Below, piece by piece: positions 21,512 to 34,105 of a stretch of 64,000 bases of DNA. A model generated the notes under the pieces. It was not told where the DNA came from, did not search any database, and saw nothing but the letters and a program-made list of their open reading frames with translations. Each line of letters opens with the position of its first letter. Positions within the stretch are counted from its first letter, which is position 1. The DNA is from Vicugna vicugna (taxonomy: Eukaryota). The position numbers and the translations under genes are program-made. The stretch is from positions 1,046,678-1,110,677 of the forward strand of contig MU058531.1 of assembly GCA_013265495.1 (NCBI GenBank). The letters are read 5' to 3'.

Positions 21512-24500
21512 CTAATCAAAATAGAGGAAGAAATGTGACTTACCGAAGGGAGATGTCTATAAATTCACCTCTTCTGTGTGCGCGCGCGCTTGTGTGTGTG
21601 TTTAATGAGGTAATGGACAGATGTATGTTATTGGAGTGTTTCAGGAATCCCATGATGAGTGATTTGCAGCTTATATTCAAACCAGCCCTTCACTGTTTCT
21701 CAAGGGAATGCTTTTGGTATTTCAGATTAGCAATGTTTTTTTTTTCCTGTGAGACTATCCCAGGTACTGGTAAAAATCTTAGTCCCTAGACACTAATGGC
21801 ACGGGTTAAGCCAAGTCACTTTGAAATTCAAAAAAAATGCCTCTGTGCATGTCCAGTATCCTGCAAAATGAGCATGAGGAGGTAGCAGTATTCTTCTTGA
21901 TCGAGAACCAGTTCCTGTCAATGTGGAAATTGATTCCTAATGGATAAAAACTGGTGGTAGAGCTGCTTCAACATCTTAGGTTAAATACGCAGGTACTGCT
22001 CCAGGGGATAGATTTTTCACAACTGCTCAGAAGTTACATTGAGCTCTCCCAGGAAATTTATTTTCTTGGAGGTGATATCCAAGAATGCTGTATGAATAAA
22101 TAATTTTTGAGACCAACCTTTTTTTTTCTTACCTTATGCAAATGCCTCAAGATATTTACAAAAATTAAAACTATGTCACCTCTCAATTCTTGTCTTTAAA
22201 ATGAGAGGTCCTAAAATTTTCCATCTCTATTCATTCAGAAGTCTCTCTCTATCCCAGAGATTGCAGACTGGCAGCTTTGAGATGCAGATCAGTCTAGAGA
22301 CCTGTTTTGGCCCAAACAGAATTTAGACTGTTTTTTAAAGTTGGAATTCGTTTGCAATCTTTAGATTTTAAGAGATTTCCCAACTGGATTTATGATCTCT
22401 GAAAAAATTGGACCACTTGGCAGCACAATACCCATGATTCCACAGAGCAACAGGGGACCGGCTGAAGAAGGCCCAGTGCCTGTAAGTTCTGTGCAGGCAG
22501 CCCACAGCCACTATTTAAGGCATTCGTGTGATCTCCCTGGCCCCTGTGTGTATTTGAGTTAGTGGCCCTGCAACTTTTATTTTGAACTTCTCACCTTGTA
22601 GCATCTTCCTTGAGGAGCACTCATCAACAGATATGAAGACAGAGTTTTGGACAACAACAGAGTAACGTATTGTGTGTTGTTTCCAGTTCCCTTCAAGATG
22701 CTATCCAGTAGCTTAGAGGCCTTTTTTGGAACATCCATCCATTGAGTCAATGGCATTAGTAGTTCCACAACCCTTATACTGGCATCTAACTGATAATTCA
22801 GAGCCATGAGCCCTATTTCTATATTTTGGGCTATTCCATGAATTCCTGGAACCCTTACCTGGCTGCATACACAGAATCCCCAAATCTGTATGCTGTTTAT
22901 CTCTGTAGCTTTGAGGATTTCATTGAATCTACTCTTTCTGCTGATTTGTTTAAATTATTTGATAAAACCAATCCAAATTATCAAGGATGAGAAGACCCTA
23001 CTGTTAACACTTTCCCACCTGAAGAAGTCTCTGTTTATTGCATTTATTTTCTGTTCTTGTCACCAGGATAGGTTTTTGGTGGGATTTTTTTGGGTGGTAA
23101 AGTATTCCTCTCAGTCTCATAGGAACACAGTAAGAGGAAGAAATTATTCACAGTATAAGATGACAGTGTAAGAAAGACTTCCTTCTTTGTAAAGTGATTC
23201 TCCAAAAGCTTCTTTCAAATTTCTTCTTCAGTACTTTACACTCATTCCTCCCAGTGACAATTTTAAAGTTTATATTAGATGATGCTTGTCTGGGAATTGG
23301 GACCATGAGGACGATTTGGTTATATTCTCTGGCTTACAGATGAAGCTACATTAATACATACTTGTAAATGGAACTTATACAAGCATCTTTGGGGCCTAAA
23401 TATAGGAAATTATTTTGAGGGATATGCAGATAAACCAAAGTGGAGAATGAATAGAAATTATCTCAGTAATATAGGCAAAAGCATGGCTCTCCTTGGAAGA
23501 AAGTGGTAGCATGCAATACTGTTGTGAAGAGAGGACTGTTCAGAAATACTTGAATTAGATATTGATAAATTTGAGTTCCTTGGCCCTTGGCTGCGTTGAC
23601 CACTGTGGGATTTTCAACAATTTCAGGAATGGTGGGTGTCTTTATTCCTGACTACCCCAGGCCTTGCTTAGCCAGAGATGGCCAAGGTGGGCTGTGCTCA
23701 TGTCTGTGAAGGTGGACAGTTTGGCCAACTTTTATTTCCAAGGCCAAATTTCAAAAGAATTACTAGATGCTGTATTAGGCACTGAGTGACAGCAGTCATT
23801 GTGGCTTCCCCCGAGCCCTTGCCAAGGTTAGCAGTGTCCTTATGGGAATGAACAGGGGCATTTAAACCCTCGAAAGACCCCTAAAATACTACCTACTGTT
23901 GTAAGACTCTTCAAGTAGGTGAGATCTACTTTCGTTCTCTAGGAAACCCGCAAGTAGGGCCCCTGGCTTGAGTACTTACACAGTTCTTGACATTGAGGTC
24001 GGCACCATACATGATCAGGAGTCGGATCAGCTTGTACCGATTCAGTCTCACGGCGTCGTGCAGGGGGGTATCTCCTTCCTAGAGAAGCAGAGTCAACAGG
24101 CTTAAGGTGGGCCTGAGGCCGGCAAGTGGGTCCACAGGGATGTCTGACTCGGGCAGTGATTCCAAAAAAATGACGAGTGAAGCTTTAGGAGGCTGAACTT
24201 GGCTAGGCTACTCACCCGGTCTTTGGCGTTGAGGTCCGCCTCACACGCGATGAGATGCTCCGCGCACTCATAGTGGCCGGTCCTCACTGCCACGTGCAGT
24301 GCTGTGCTGAGCAGCTGTGGAATTGAAGAGCCTGCTCAGCCCCTGGGCTTGAGGACAGAGGCTGTCCCAGACCCCCCAAGAAAGTGGGGAAGTGCAGGAG
24401 GGATGGGGAGTGGGGAAGGGGAGAGGGACCAGGAGGAATACCTTATCCCGGGCATTGATTTTTGCTCCTTTGTTCAGCAACAGTTTTAAGACATCCAGGT

Positions 24501-27500
24501 TTCCCCCACGGCTTGCCCAGTGGATGGCTGTGGATTCAAGCTAAACCAGGAAGGTAACAGGACATGACTTAATATAAAGAAGAAACTGGTCAGAGGAATT
24601 AGTACTTTGTTTCTAAAGCTCAAGAACACAGGCTTGCTAGAGCATCCGTGGTGACACTGGACTGTCGTCTAGGTTGCCAATTTTAACTTTCATAGTTGAA
24701 GGCTCTTGCCATATGTTTTGGGCAAACTCTAAGTGTGTGAATGTGGGTATATGTGCTCCTATGTGCATATCTGGGCGCATGTTTGCATCATTAGGAGGCT
24801 CTTAATAACCCTAATAAATCTTTTTCAAAGAGAATAAGAACTACAGTTTCTTGAGAATTCCCTTGGGCCGACAGAGTGTCACATACTTCAGATGTGTTGA
24901 TCCAGCAACACTGTGATGTGGGTCTTACTGTGCTCATTTTGCAGATGAGAAATACAAGGCTCCAAGATATTCAGATTTCTTTCCCAAGGAAACACAGCTA
25001 GTAAGTGGCAGAAGAGACAGTCAACCCCACGTCTGCCTGGAACTTTTAACCACTTTCACCAAATATACTAAAAAATTCTAGACATGTATTTTCGAATTCT
25101 GGCGGAATGAAAGTAGTCCCTTCCAAAAGATAGAAATCTGGATCTGACACCTCTTCCCCACGTCCCTTTTGTTTTTCCCTCATCTTTTGTTGGTCCTCTG
25201 CTGTCTCCTGTGCTATCACTCCCTCCGTACCCACCCTGACTCTCATCCCTTGTAGTCACTGCTTACTCATAGGAGCTCTGTTTGGTATATCCCTGGCCCT
25301 CCAAATCCCGTACTCATGAATTTTTCTGTATTTCTATGCAAACTTTATATTTTGTTTCTTGTTTTTCTGTGTTTATTTCTTTTGGGTTAAATTTTGACCA
25401 AGTCCTTTGGACTCTTCCAATCCCTTTTCTACTTTGCTATCAAGTCAAATTGAGCTGTATTTAAATAAGGAAAGCATTTCCCCAGCTCAAGCTTGTGTTC
25501 ATAAAGTATGCTGTATTCTGGTCTTTGTAGAAATCACAGTGGTTGAATTATTGAGATCTGAATAGCAACTACTTTCCATAGATGCGATTTATTTTGTAGG
25601 CAGTCTAGCCCCAAATCTCACTGATGGCAATCAGTATCTGTCATAGGGTATGCAGCTAGAGAATTCTGAGATGCTGCTAGCAGCCAAGGGGCCAGGAGCA
25701 GACTGCCATGGATGATGGAAGGACAGGGATGCTGAAAGGCAAGTGGTGACTGTCTTACTTCTCATTGATGCTACTGACTTGATAATGACCCAACACTTCA
25801 ATGAGGAGATTGAATTCTGTCCAACAGCTTTCACTTCCTTTTTTTCCCTGGAAATACTCCCCTCTTTTTCATTATGTATGGAAAATACTTTCCACATGAC
25901 CTAGTCCTATCTCCCTTCCTATGGAGAAATGAACTGCCTAATGCTCTCAGATCCATTTTCATTCCACTAGGCCCAGTTTTTCATCGTAAGTTTTCTCAAG
26001 CTTCATATAGTCTACTTATTTTGGCTCATTTCCAAACAGAAATATATTTACCATGTCACGGAATTCAATCTGGGCTCCAGCTTCCAGTAGCTTCTCCACG
26101 ATTGCCAAATGTCCTTCTAAGCATGCTCTATGAAGAGCTGTCCGTTTATACTGTGAGAACAGAGATTTAAGAGAGACAGAGAGCAATGCATATATAAAAA
26201 TGAGCATAAATCCTTTCTACGATATGAAACTAGGGATGCTGCTGACCTAACTGATAGAAACTTGAGTGCTTCTTTAAGAATTAGAAATGTCAAATTTACC
26301 AAAATTGGAGACTAGAACAATTACTCTGAAACTGAGATCTGCGTTGCCTGCAATATACATCTCTAAGAGCTGAGAGGTCTACCTCAAGGCAAGTGAACAT
26401 AAAAAGATTCAAAACTACCTAAATGCTGACATTTCCCTTTCTTGTGCGCCCTCCTGGTTTGTATAGTATTTGCCATGCTGTACAGGCAGTTTTCCATCTG
26501 AGACTGTTGCTAGGTCAAAAAGTATTCAGTTTCATTTTTAAGGAAATGGGAGACATTTTTAGTTCATCGTCAGAAATGGTTCCCCATTTCAATTCATGAG
26601 GGAGAGCCTACAAAAAGGATTAGTGGTTGCTGGTAAACTGGCTTCCTATAAATGGATTAATAGGCTATTTGTGCTGGAATAACGTTAGGCGTTATTTCAC
26701 TCCTGTGTCCTCTGTTTTCCAGTAAGGAAACTGAGGTCCAGAAACCTGCTAAAAATTGGCTGCTAAAAATCAAATAGGCAGGTAGTGATGGAGCTGGCAC
26801 TTGGACTCCAGTCTGCAGATGCTCTGTGTAGAGCTGATGGATTTGAGTCCAATCAAGATAATATATTTCTCCAATGGCGACTCATTGGTCCTGCCTTATT
26901 AAAAGTCTCTCCCAAAGGTCTAAAAATTAAAGACACGCTGAAAAAATCAGCCAGCAGTAGATGAGAGTGCAAAAAAGAATGCCATCCATAGCACTAATCC
27001 AGCATTTTCTTTTTTTGGACCACTGCACTCTCCTGTTATGTGCCTGGCATGTGTGGCAACAGCTGGGAAGACTGTTTCAGGTGGATTCATTTTTGGCACA
27101 ATATTAGCACGGCTGCAGGAAAGCGTAAGAAACACGCAGTTAATGATCTGGCCTTTGCAATGCTTTGCATAAGCCTTACCTCATCACAGACATCTGGATT
27201 GTTCTTGTCTGACAAGAATTTTTCTACTACTGGCAGTTTATTCTCCAGGGCAGCCTTCAGAAACCTAGGTACATCCACAGGTTCTGTCTAAAGCCAAAAA
27301 AAAAAACAAAAAATAGTGTGAGAGTTACCATGAGCTCTCCAACATTCAGTCAACACCCCAACCCCTCCCCGATACTTATTCCCCCATTAGCATCACACTG
27401 ATGTTTAAGACTACAAAACCAAGCAGCCCTTACGATGATTTCCGGTTCTGGTTCCTTCACGACAGGAACTTTCGCTTTCCTGTATTTTTTCCTCTTCTTC

Positions 27501-29337
27501 AGTTGAATGATGATTTCCAGGTCTTCTAAATTTTCAAGCTTTGATCTTTGTTCTAGTTTTTTCTTCTTGAGCTAAAAAAGAAATCCAGTTTCAAAATACC
27601 AGGTGAGTTCTACTGACAAGCATTCTGGTTGTGTCTAAACAAAATTGACAAGTATGTGAATAGTTTGAGCAAAAAAATAAGAAATTTAAAATAAATCTTC
27701 AGCTTCAATTTAGTGATTTCTTATTCAAGTATTAAGGGATCTAATTGTTCAGCTAATTGCCTCATCTTAGCTTCTCTTGCTTGTGGCATCAACTTTTAAT
27801 TGGAGATAGGATCTAGTCTCTATGTGATAATTTTGTAATTATTTCCATAAACAAACCCCAAATTTCTGTAGAATTTTTTAACATGCTCGTGAAAATTTTT
27901 TTTTTACCCAAAAGACTCTAATAATAAGTTTTAAGGTCTAAAATATCAATGCCAGTGTCTTTCAGGTGGCCTACGAAGCAGGGCTCATGAAACAGACTGT
28001 CCTGGGACTATAGTTAACTGATGCATATTTTATCTGTGGTTAGTAAGTAATGAAAATTCACCCAGCAGCGTATTTTGTCAACACAGAAAGCAGCCACAGT
28101 CAAACAATGATCCATGGACCGCAAACCACATTATTGGGAAAAGAAGGCTCCCTTGCCTGGGATTAAGTAGACAGTATGAGACGTCAGAAATTCACTGGAC
28201 ATGTTTCTCTTTCCAAGTCTTTCAGTTAGAACATGGTCATAAAATATTCAATGATTGTTTCAGAATCCAGAGCTCATAGTCTTGCCAAAGAATCATTTAT
28301 AACCTGTCCAATGGAAGTTGCCTCCTTATGAGTTAGAATTTGGCAAACAAACATCTTTGGAATAACCAATTTTGTTTCTCTCTCTTCTCCTTCTTGCCTG
28401 GCACCTCCATCCCTTACTCCATTCCCAACGTCCTACTAGTGAATTTCATGCAAAGTTCTTACCTCTGCCTCTCGCTCTTTCTCAATTTTCCACTGTTGCT
28501 CCCCCAGGCTCACAAAGTGGGCTGGAAGTGTTTTCAGGTCCTCTTGTTTCTCTAAAGTAACAGCCGCTTCATACTGTCCATCTCTGAAATCCTCAGGAAG
28601 GAACTCCCCAGTCTCCCCACTGCCATTCTTCTTCCCTGTTACCTGCAAGGGAAGAAGACCGCAGGGTGAAAAGTAGCAGGGCTGGTCCTGGGGTCACTCT
28701 GCACAGAGGATGCTGCAGGAGGCCCCTGGTCCTCTCTCCCTGGTGACAGTGGCCTCTAGGCGGCACACGCTTGGATCTCAGACTGCGATGCATTGCAGCA
28801 GTGTTCCAGGATCCCTTCAGATGCTCGTCGCAGTCTCTTGGTTAAATCAAGGTTTAGGTTAGGTTTATCTATTTGAATCTACTTTTAACCCACTTTATTA
28901 CATTTCTCCTAGGAAAATCACAACCCCTTCCCTTCCCCGGCCCTGCCAATTATTTAAAAGTCTTTTCATTTTAGGTACTTTTGATTATCCCTTGCCTTGT
29001 GTTGTAATTCCCAGGCATATATTCTTGCCAGAAAACTTCTCCCCTAAGGCATTTTGATAACTGCATGTCATCCCACACTTGTCTTAAAACCAAAGGAGAA
29101 GATATCAATAGGAAATATATAGAGAATTCATTCCTGCCAGCTCCATTTTTCCAAGATCACTTATTTCATCACATAAACCAACCATTTTCCACATAGGGCA
29201 TTTTCAGAGTACTGGTGCATTATGCCTGAAAGGAAAGGGCATTGCAATTTTCAAATTAAAATCAAGGCTGAACCATTTTTCACTGCATAAAAATAACGGG
29301 TTTTACATACCAGCTCTTCTACTTTCAGGACCATCAT
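21401..29337 (-). CDS. ANKRD1: ANKRD1 (cardiac ankyrin repeat protein, CARP), complete CDS: complement(join(21401..21511,23980..24078,24216..24314,24442..24540,26052..26150,27180..27287,27434..27571,28463..28642,29311..29337)), 319 aa
   Basis: Nine exons of 27+180+138+108+99+99+99+99+111 = 960 nt, all GT-AG and phase 0. Translation [16 protein letters not shown]...KASRIATF* has a Lys-rich coiled-coil/NLS region and ankyrin repeats matching mammalian ANKRD1. Confidence 0.99.
22255..22570. mobile_element. hAT-Charlie-type MITE in ANKRD1 intron 8
   Basis: Ends cagagattgcagact... and ...gagttagtggcccctg are degenerate hAT TIRs. Confidence 0.45.
22590..22900 (-). mobile_element. L3/CR1 ORF2 relic in ANKRD1 intron 8
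   Basis: Minus-strand peptide [29 protein letters not shown] resembles the CR1 ORF2 C-terminal KKANxxLGxIxxGI...LPLYKxL motif. Confidence 0.5.
23980..24078 (-). CDS. ANKRD1: ANKRD1 exon 8 (ankyrin repeat)
   Basis: tag|GAAGGA...AACTGT|gtaag; [33 protein letters not shown]. Confidence 0.98.
24216..24314 (-). CDS. ANKRD1: ANKRD1 exon 7 (ankyrin repeat)
   Basis: cag|CTGCTC...GACCGG|gtgag; [33 protein letters not shown]. Confidence 0.98.
24442..24540 (-). CDS. ANKRD1: ANKRD1 exon 6 (ankyrin repeat)
   Basis: tag|CTTGAA...GATAAG|gtatt; [33 protein letters not shown]. Confidence 0.98.
24900..25040 (-). mobile_element. MIR SINE in ANKRD1 intron 5
   Basis: cattttgcagatgagaaa...cccaagg..acacagctagtaagtggcaga, MIR core. 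Confidence 0.7.
26052..26150 (-). CDS. ANKRD1: ANKRD1 exon 5 (ankyrin repeat)
   Basis: cag|TATAAA...GACATG|gtaaa; [33 protein letters not shown]. Confidence 0.98.
27180..27287 (-). CDS. ANKRD1: ANKRD1 exon 4
   Basis: tag|ACAGAA...GATGAG|gtaag; [36 protein letters not shown]. Confidence 0.98.
27434..27571 (-). CDS. ANKRD1: ANKRD1 exon 3 (Lys-rich NLS/coiled coil)
   Basis: tag|CTCAAG...ATCATC|gtaag; [46 protein letters not shown]. Confidence 0.97.
28463..28642 (-). CDS. ANKRD1: ANKRD1 exon 2
   Basis: cag|GTAACAGGG...GCAGAG|gtaag; [60 protein letters not shown]. Confidence 0.98.
29311..29337 (-). CDS. ANKRD1: ANKRD1 exon 1 coding part (MMVLKVEEL)
   Basis: ATGATGGTCCTGAAAGTAGAAGAGCTG|gtatgt on the minus strand. 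Confidence 0.97.
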
Positions 29338-29418
29338 GTCGACCTGAAGTTTGTATGTTTTTCTCCTGGGGGATGAACCCTTGAGTCGGTGCTGGGGAGC
29401 CCCTCCACTCCAGTCAGC

Positions 29419-29425
29419 TTATATA
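29419..29425 (-). promoter_or_regulatory. ANKRD1: ANKRD1 TATA box (TATATAA); TSS inferred near 29390-29395
   Basis: TTATATA on + strand, ~85 nt upstream of the ATG. Confidence 0.85.
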
Positions 29426-30070
29426 GCTCGGGCCGGGTGAGATAATCTTCCAACCTGGGAACCCAAGTAACACCCTTACCCCCCTCCCCTGTGGCCAACT
29501 CAGAGGCAGGTGAATTTTCATTCCAGACTCAGTGTCTGGGAAGCAGGAGAGGGAGGGGATGACAAGTAACCCCACTGAATATGTGAATCAGGAAGAAATG
29601 TGAGAGGGGCCATTCCTTTGGCCGTGACCGCACCGCTCAGCAATGCAAGTCATCCTATTTATCAAGAAGCCAGGGGACAGCTGTCTGTTGATATTGCACC
29701 ACACCGCTGCTCCTTTTCCTTCTTTGTCAGCTTTCATATGACTCACCCTATCAAGAAAACGTAAATGCCCTGCATATCACACCCCCAGTAATATCTTTCT
29801 GATAACCAGACTTATCAACACGTCACTTGGGGGAAGTGTGGCTTCAGGACATCCTATTCCCATGGGTAAACAGGCCGAGAGGAGAGGATCCGGGTCCTAA
29901 TGGCCCTTGTCTATATCTGTTTGGAATTCTCTGGAGTGATGTCTGGGACTAAAAAGGCCCCATGACATGCCACCTTACCATCATTATAAGAAATTGAAAG
30001 CATTCAGGAATGCACTTTTATTTTATGGTGTCACAGGCCATAATTAGCCCGTGACATGCTTCCTGTCTTC
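29426..30070 (-). promoter_or_regulatory. ANKRD1: ANKRD1 proximal promoter with GATA, MCAT/TEAD, SMAD (CAGA) and AP-1 motifs
   Basis: AGATAA 29440-29445; CATTCC 29519-29524 and 29611-29616; GGAATG 30007-30012; CCAGAC..GTCTGG 29523-29539; TGACTCA 29739-29745; TGATAA 29800-29805. ANKRD1 is an established GATA4, YAP/TEAD and TGF-beta/SMAD target. Confidence 0.8.
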
Positions 30071-33000
30071 TCAAACAGCATACTTACTGCAGCAAATTTT
30101 ACTCAAAAAGGTTCCAAAATGTCCCAAGATGGATTCTGTGAGACCAGTTATTGGTAACAGGGTCCGACCCCGATTAAGGCACGGAGCCAGTGTTCTCAGG
30201 TACTGTGGTGAGAGACTCCCCTGTGGGAGTCGAAAGCTCACATCCCTGGGCCCCACTCCAGGGCGTTCTGAGTCCGGGTACCGTGGGTCCTAGGAGTTTT
30301 TTTGTTTTTTTTTTTTCAGAGCACTCAGATAATTCTGACACATCAAGGTTTGAGATGGGTTGCCAGAGGAGCAAAGAGCTTGTCTTTGGGGAAGGGTAAA
30401 AAAACCACTGTCTCTGGTTTCTCATCTCTGGGATGTTTAATTATGTACCAATATTTAGGTCTCTAGAGTTCAAGGAGAAACAGGGAGCACTATCTCCAAA
30501 GCTGTTGAAAACCTTTTTTTTTTTTTCAGTACGAGAAAGGAGGGGAGAGTGAGGAAGGGAGTCTGAGTGGGGGAGTCTGTTAATTATGTTGCCCTTTCTG
30601 TGTCCATCACTCCGTCAGACGTACCCACTCAACAAACAAGGCTGCCTTTCTCTTCTTCCCCCTCGAACTGATCAGCCTGTGGTTGCTTTTTCTGGAACTT
30701 TCAGAATGAGACGTAGACCACCCCACCTCCCACAAAACCTAAGTGCTGGCAAAGAGGGGCCCTCTCACCAGCTCCGGCGTCTGTTCCAGTCTCCTGTGTT
30801 CTAACCCAGGAGGGCTTTTCCTTAAAGTTAAGGTCCTGGGGGTTTTTTTGAGGTGAAGACGGCTATTGCTGTTTTCATTGGTCTCTTTAAGTAAGAAGTG
30901 GCCATTGAAGCTTTTCCTACCATTTCTTACACCTTTTTGTTCCAGGCCTGACCCAAACTGACGGGAGCCTTAGGAGATATCTTTGAGCAAGGGTCATGAG
31001 TTGTTTAAGCATGTTGGATATAGAAGCCCAGAGCTGCTGGTGCCCTCTGAGTTCAGCCAAGACCAATGATTTCATCTTGCAGAGAGGATGCTGCAGCACA
31101 GAAACCTTAATTCACTGGCTGCAGACACATAGCTAGTTAGTGGAGGCTAAGTTGGAGAATTTTGATTCCATTCAACAGAAACAGAATCACGGAGGCCAGA
31201 GCAGGTGTCCCAAGGCAGTTCCTACCTAGACCCACTGAGGGTTGAACCAAAACTGATTAAACGGCTCTTCTATGTTCAAATCCCCTCAAAGAATGCAAGT
31301 GGAAGTGGGTGGATTGGCTCAACACACCCACTCCTCCCTGTAGTCATGTGATCATCCCCTCAAACCTGGCTGGTGCTGTGCAGGAGGTGCTAAGAAGTCT
31401 TAAAGAAGGCTTTACAGAGGATGACCCTTGAGGAAGGGTGGGTGGAATGGGCTGAAAGTAGAGAAAGGAGCAAGCCGGCCAGATTCTCGGGGGTCCCCAG
31501 ACAAGGAAAATCACTGCCAGCCTGTCCACTCCCCCTTTCCTATGTCGATCCCGTTTGTCATTATAAACATGAGAGGATTTGCTTTTCAGAGAGAGATTCT
31601 AGAAATGTTTAGCTCCCTAACAACACCCAAGACAAGATTGTGTTTTCAAATCATTCTTATTCATCAAAATTGAGAACCCAACTTCTCAACTAGAGAAGAA
31701 TTCTCTGTCACTTGTTTTTAAGGAGTTTCTTTCCCATAAAATTTCACTGAGAGGGTATGTTCTGAAATGTGTATATTTGGCTTGGTCATAGCCTCAAACT
31801 AGGCATAACCTTGCCTTACTAAGATGAATTAAGGCAACCAAGCTGCACGTTGGTTCTAGAATCATTTAGCAACCCAGGGTCAACTATCTATGGCCAGAAT
31901 GAGCAGGGGAATGGTCCCTGAGCTTTGCCAGAGTTCCCTCATGAGCCTTTTCCCCTTCCTCTCAGGATTTATGCACTTTGATGAGAACAGAATTATCACC
32001 CTGTTTACAGGGAGAGGAAGTGAGAGGCAAAGAAGCAGGGCCTAAGGCACTTAACTGCTGTCACCCAGGGTTTGAGAGACGTGCCCAGACACCCCCAGGG
32101 CTTGTGTGCCATAGCTCAGCTCCAAGGACAGTGTTATCTCTCCAAGTTTTAGGTCATTGTACTCTTCCTCTGACTTTTTATTTTTACTATGTTCTCTTGA
32201 CTATGTAAGTGATATATAAATACATTGTTAAGAATTAAAAACAACACAAAGAGAATGTGGCTTAGTTGCAGTGTTACTGAGTGTTGGAGTATTTGATTTT
32301 TTTCCACTTGATAATGTGTCTTATCAACCATCTTCTACCGGCACAAAGTCGGTCTCATTATCTTAAACAACTACCAGGATTTTTGTGTGTGGACGTACCA
32401 TTGCTTATTTAACCATTCTCCTATTTATGGCCATGTAGGTTGTTTTTGAAAAGAGTCACTTTTATTTGCTACAATCCAAGGTATTTTATAAGCATATAAA
32501 AGGTTATTGTTATGAACACTCCTTGTCCTTAGAACCCCCACCTTGCTACTAAAAGGAAGGACTCCACGAACTGTAGCCAGATTCCAACTTGGAAGCCACC
32601 CTGCTCTGTTGCTGTACTTGTAATTGCTCATTTTACCATCCCTCCTAATCGCCGTGCTTGTCCCAGCTGCTGCTCACTGCTCTTGGCTCAGAGAAATAGC
32701 TGACTTTGCCTAACCAGGAATCCAAGGATCCCTACAGCCAAGCCAAGGCTCAGTTACACAGTTGAAAATACCAAAGGGAGGTCATAAAACTGAAGCAAAC
32801 AAGGTTCAAGTTTGTTTCCCCTCCCCTGCCAACAAGGGATGGAATCACCTGTATTTGAAAAGCCACAGGTCCTGGGGACATTTTGAGCTGGGTGGTGGCA
32901 GCTGCCATCATCTCCTCTCAAAGAACAAAGTCAAGACCCGAGTCCTGTTCCCAGGGCTCTGGACAGAAAGTGCATGCACAAAAAAACTTAAAAACAAATA

Positions 33001-33727
33001 AATAAAAAAAAAAAAACAGAAAAGGCATGAACATTGATATAATCAACCCAGTACAAGCTGCCGTTTTGCAGATATTGGTGGCCTCCCTTGGTAGAGGTAG
33101 GTGAAGGCTAGAAGTCTTTCCACCACACCTTACAGCAGGTGCCTTGCTATAGTAAATAATTGTCTCCACCCATATTCTGCCCCACATACAAGGTCATGTC
33201 CCCCAGCAGGTACACACAGCCACATGCCTGTCCTGTAGGACTCAATGAAGCAGCCTCTGTCCATTTAGCTCTTGGGACGGTGCCTGGCATAAAAGGTTCG
33301 CCTGATGCAAATGAAACCATTCTTTTCTAGCAGTAGATTTCAGCTAACTTTCTAGTCTAATAGAATCCATGTATGATCCAACACAAGATCTGACTGAATC
33401 CTGCTACTCATTATAGGCCTAGGACTCCAAAGGGCATAGCAAAGTGCAGGACGCATAGTGGGGCTAAATATTTAGGTGCCGCCTGGCAGGAGTCTTACAT
33501 TCTTTTCTGGCCAAACCACATATCCCAAATCCTCCTTTCAATGACAAACAGTTTGTAGCATTTCTAATGCTAATTAACAAATAATCCTCCTGTACTAATT
33601 AGATAGTTAAAGTGCTTGGGTATCTGGAGTGTGAGCAGCTCATTAGTATCTTTCAAATGTTAACTAACTACAGCAATGGTAATCTCCCAGTTAGGGTACC
33701 TCAGAAGTGAGCTAAACTTCCCTAGGG

Positions 33728-33928
33728 CAGTGGTACTCAGGACTGGGTGCATCTTAGAATTGTCTGTGAAACTTTTAAAAGATGCTGATGCCCCGGCTTC
33801 AGTCCAGTCAAGTGAAATCTGAATCTTTGCTTTTAATGTCCAGGCATTGGCATAGAAAACAAACAAACAAACAAACAAACACCTCTCTAGTTGATTCTAA
33901 TTTCCACCCAGCACTGAGAATACCACTT
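33728..33928. mobile_element. MER5-type hAT MITE
   Basis: cagtggtactca...gattctaatttccacccagcactgagaataccact with inverted ends. Confidence 0.7.
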
Positions 33929-34061
33929 CAGAGTATAGATTTAAAAGAATATGTACGTAACTATATATACATATATTCTTGAAGATGTGGGAGGAGGTCA
34001 AGCCATCCTTACCCTAGTCTCAGAATTCTGTGAAAGACTCTGCCTTTCCTAAGAGTATGGG

Positions 34062-34063
<2 letters not shown>

Positions 34064-34104
<41 letters not shown>
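34064..34104. repeat. (CA)20 microsatellite
   Basis: Uninterrupted AC/CA dinucleotide run. Confidence 0.98.

Positions 34105-34105
<1 letters not shown>

Noticed and set aside
33464..33475. Palindrome CTAAATATTTAG as a MEF2 site
   Set aside because: The A/T core is 6 nt rather than the 4 nt of the MEF2 consensus, and the motif is isolated.
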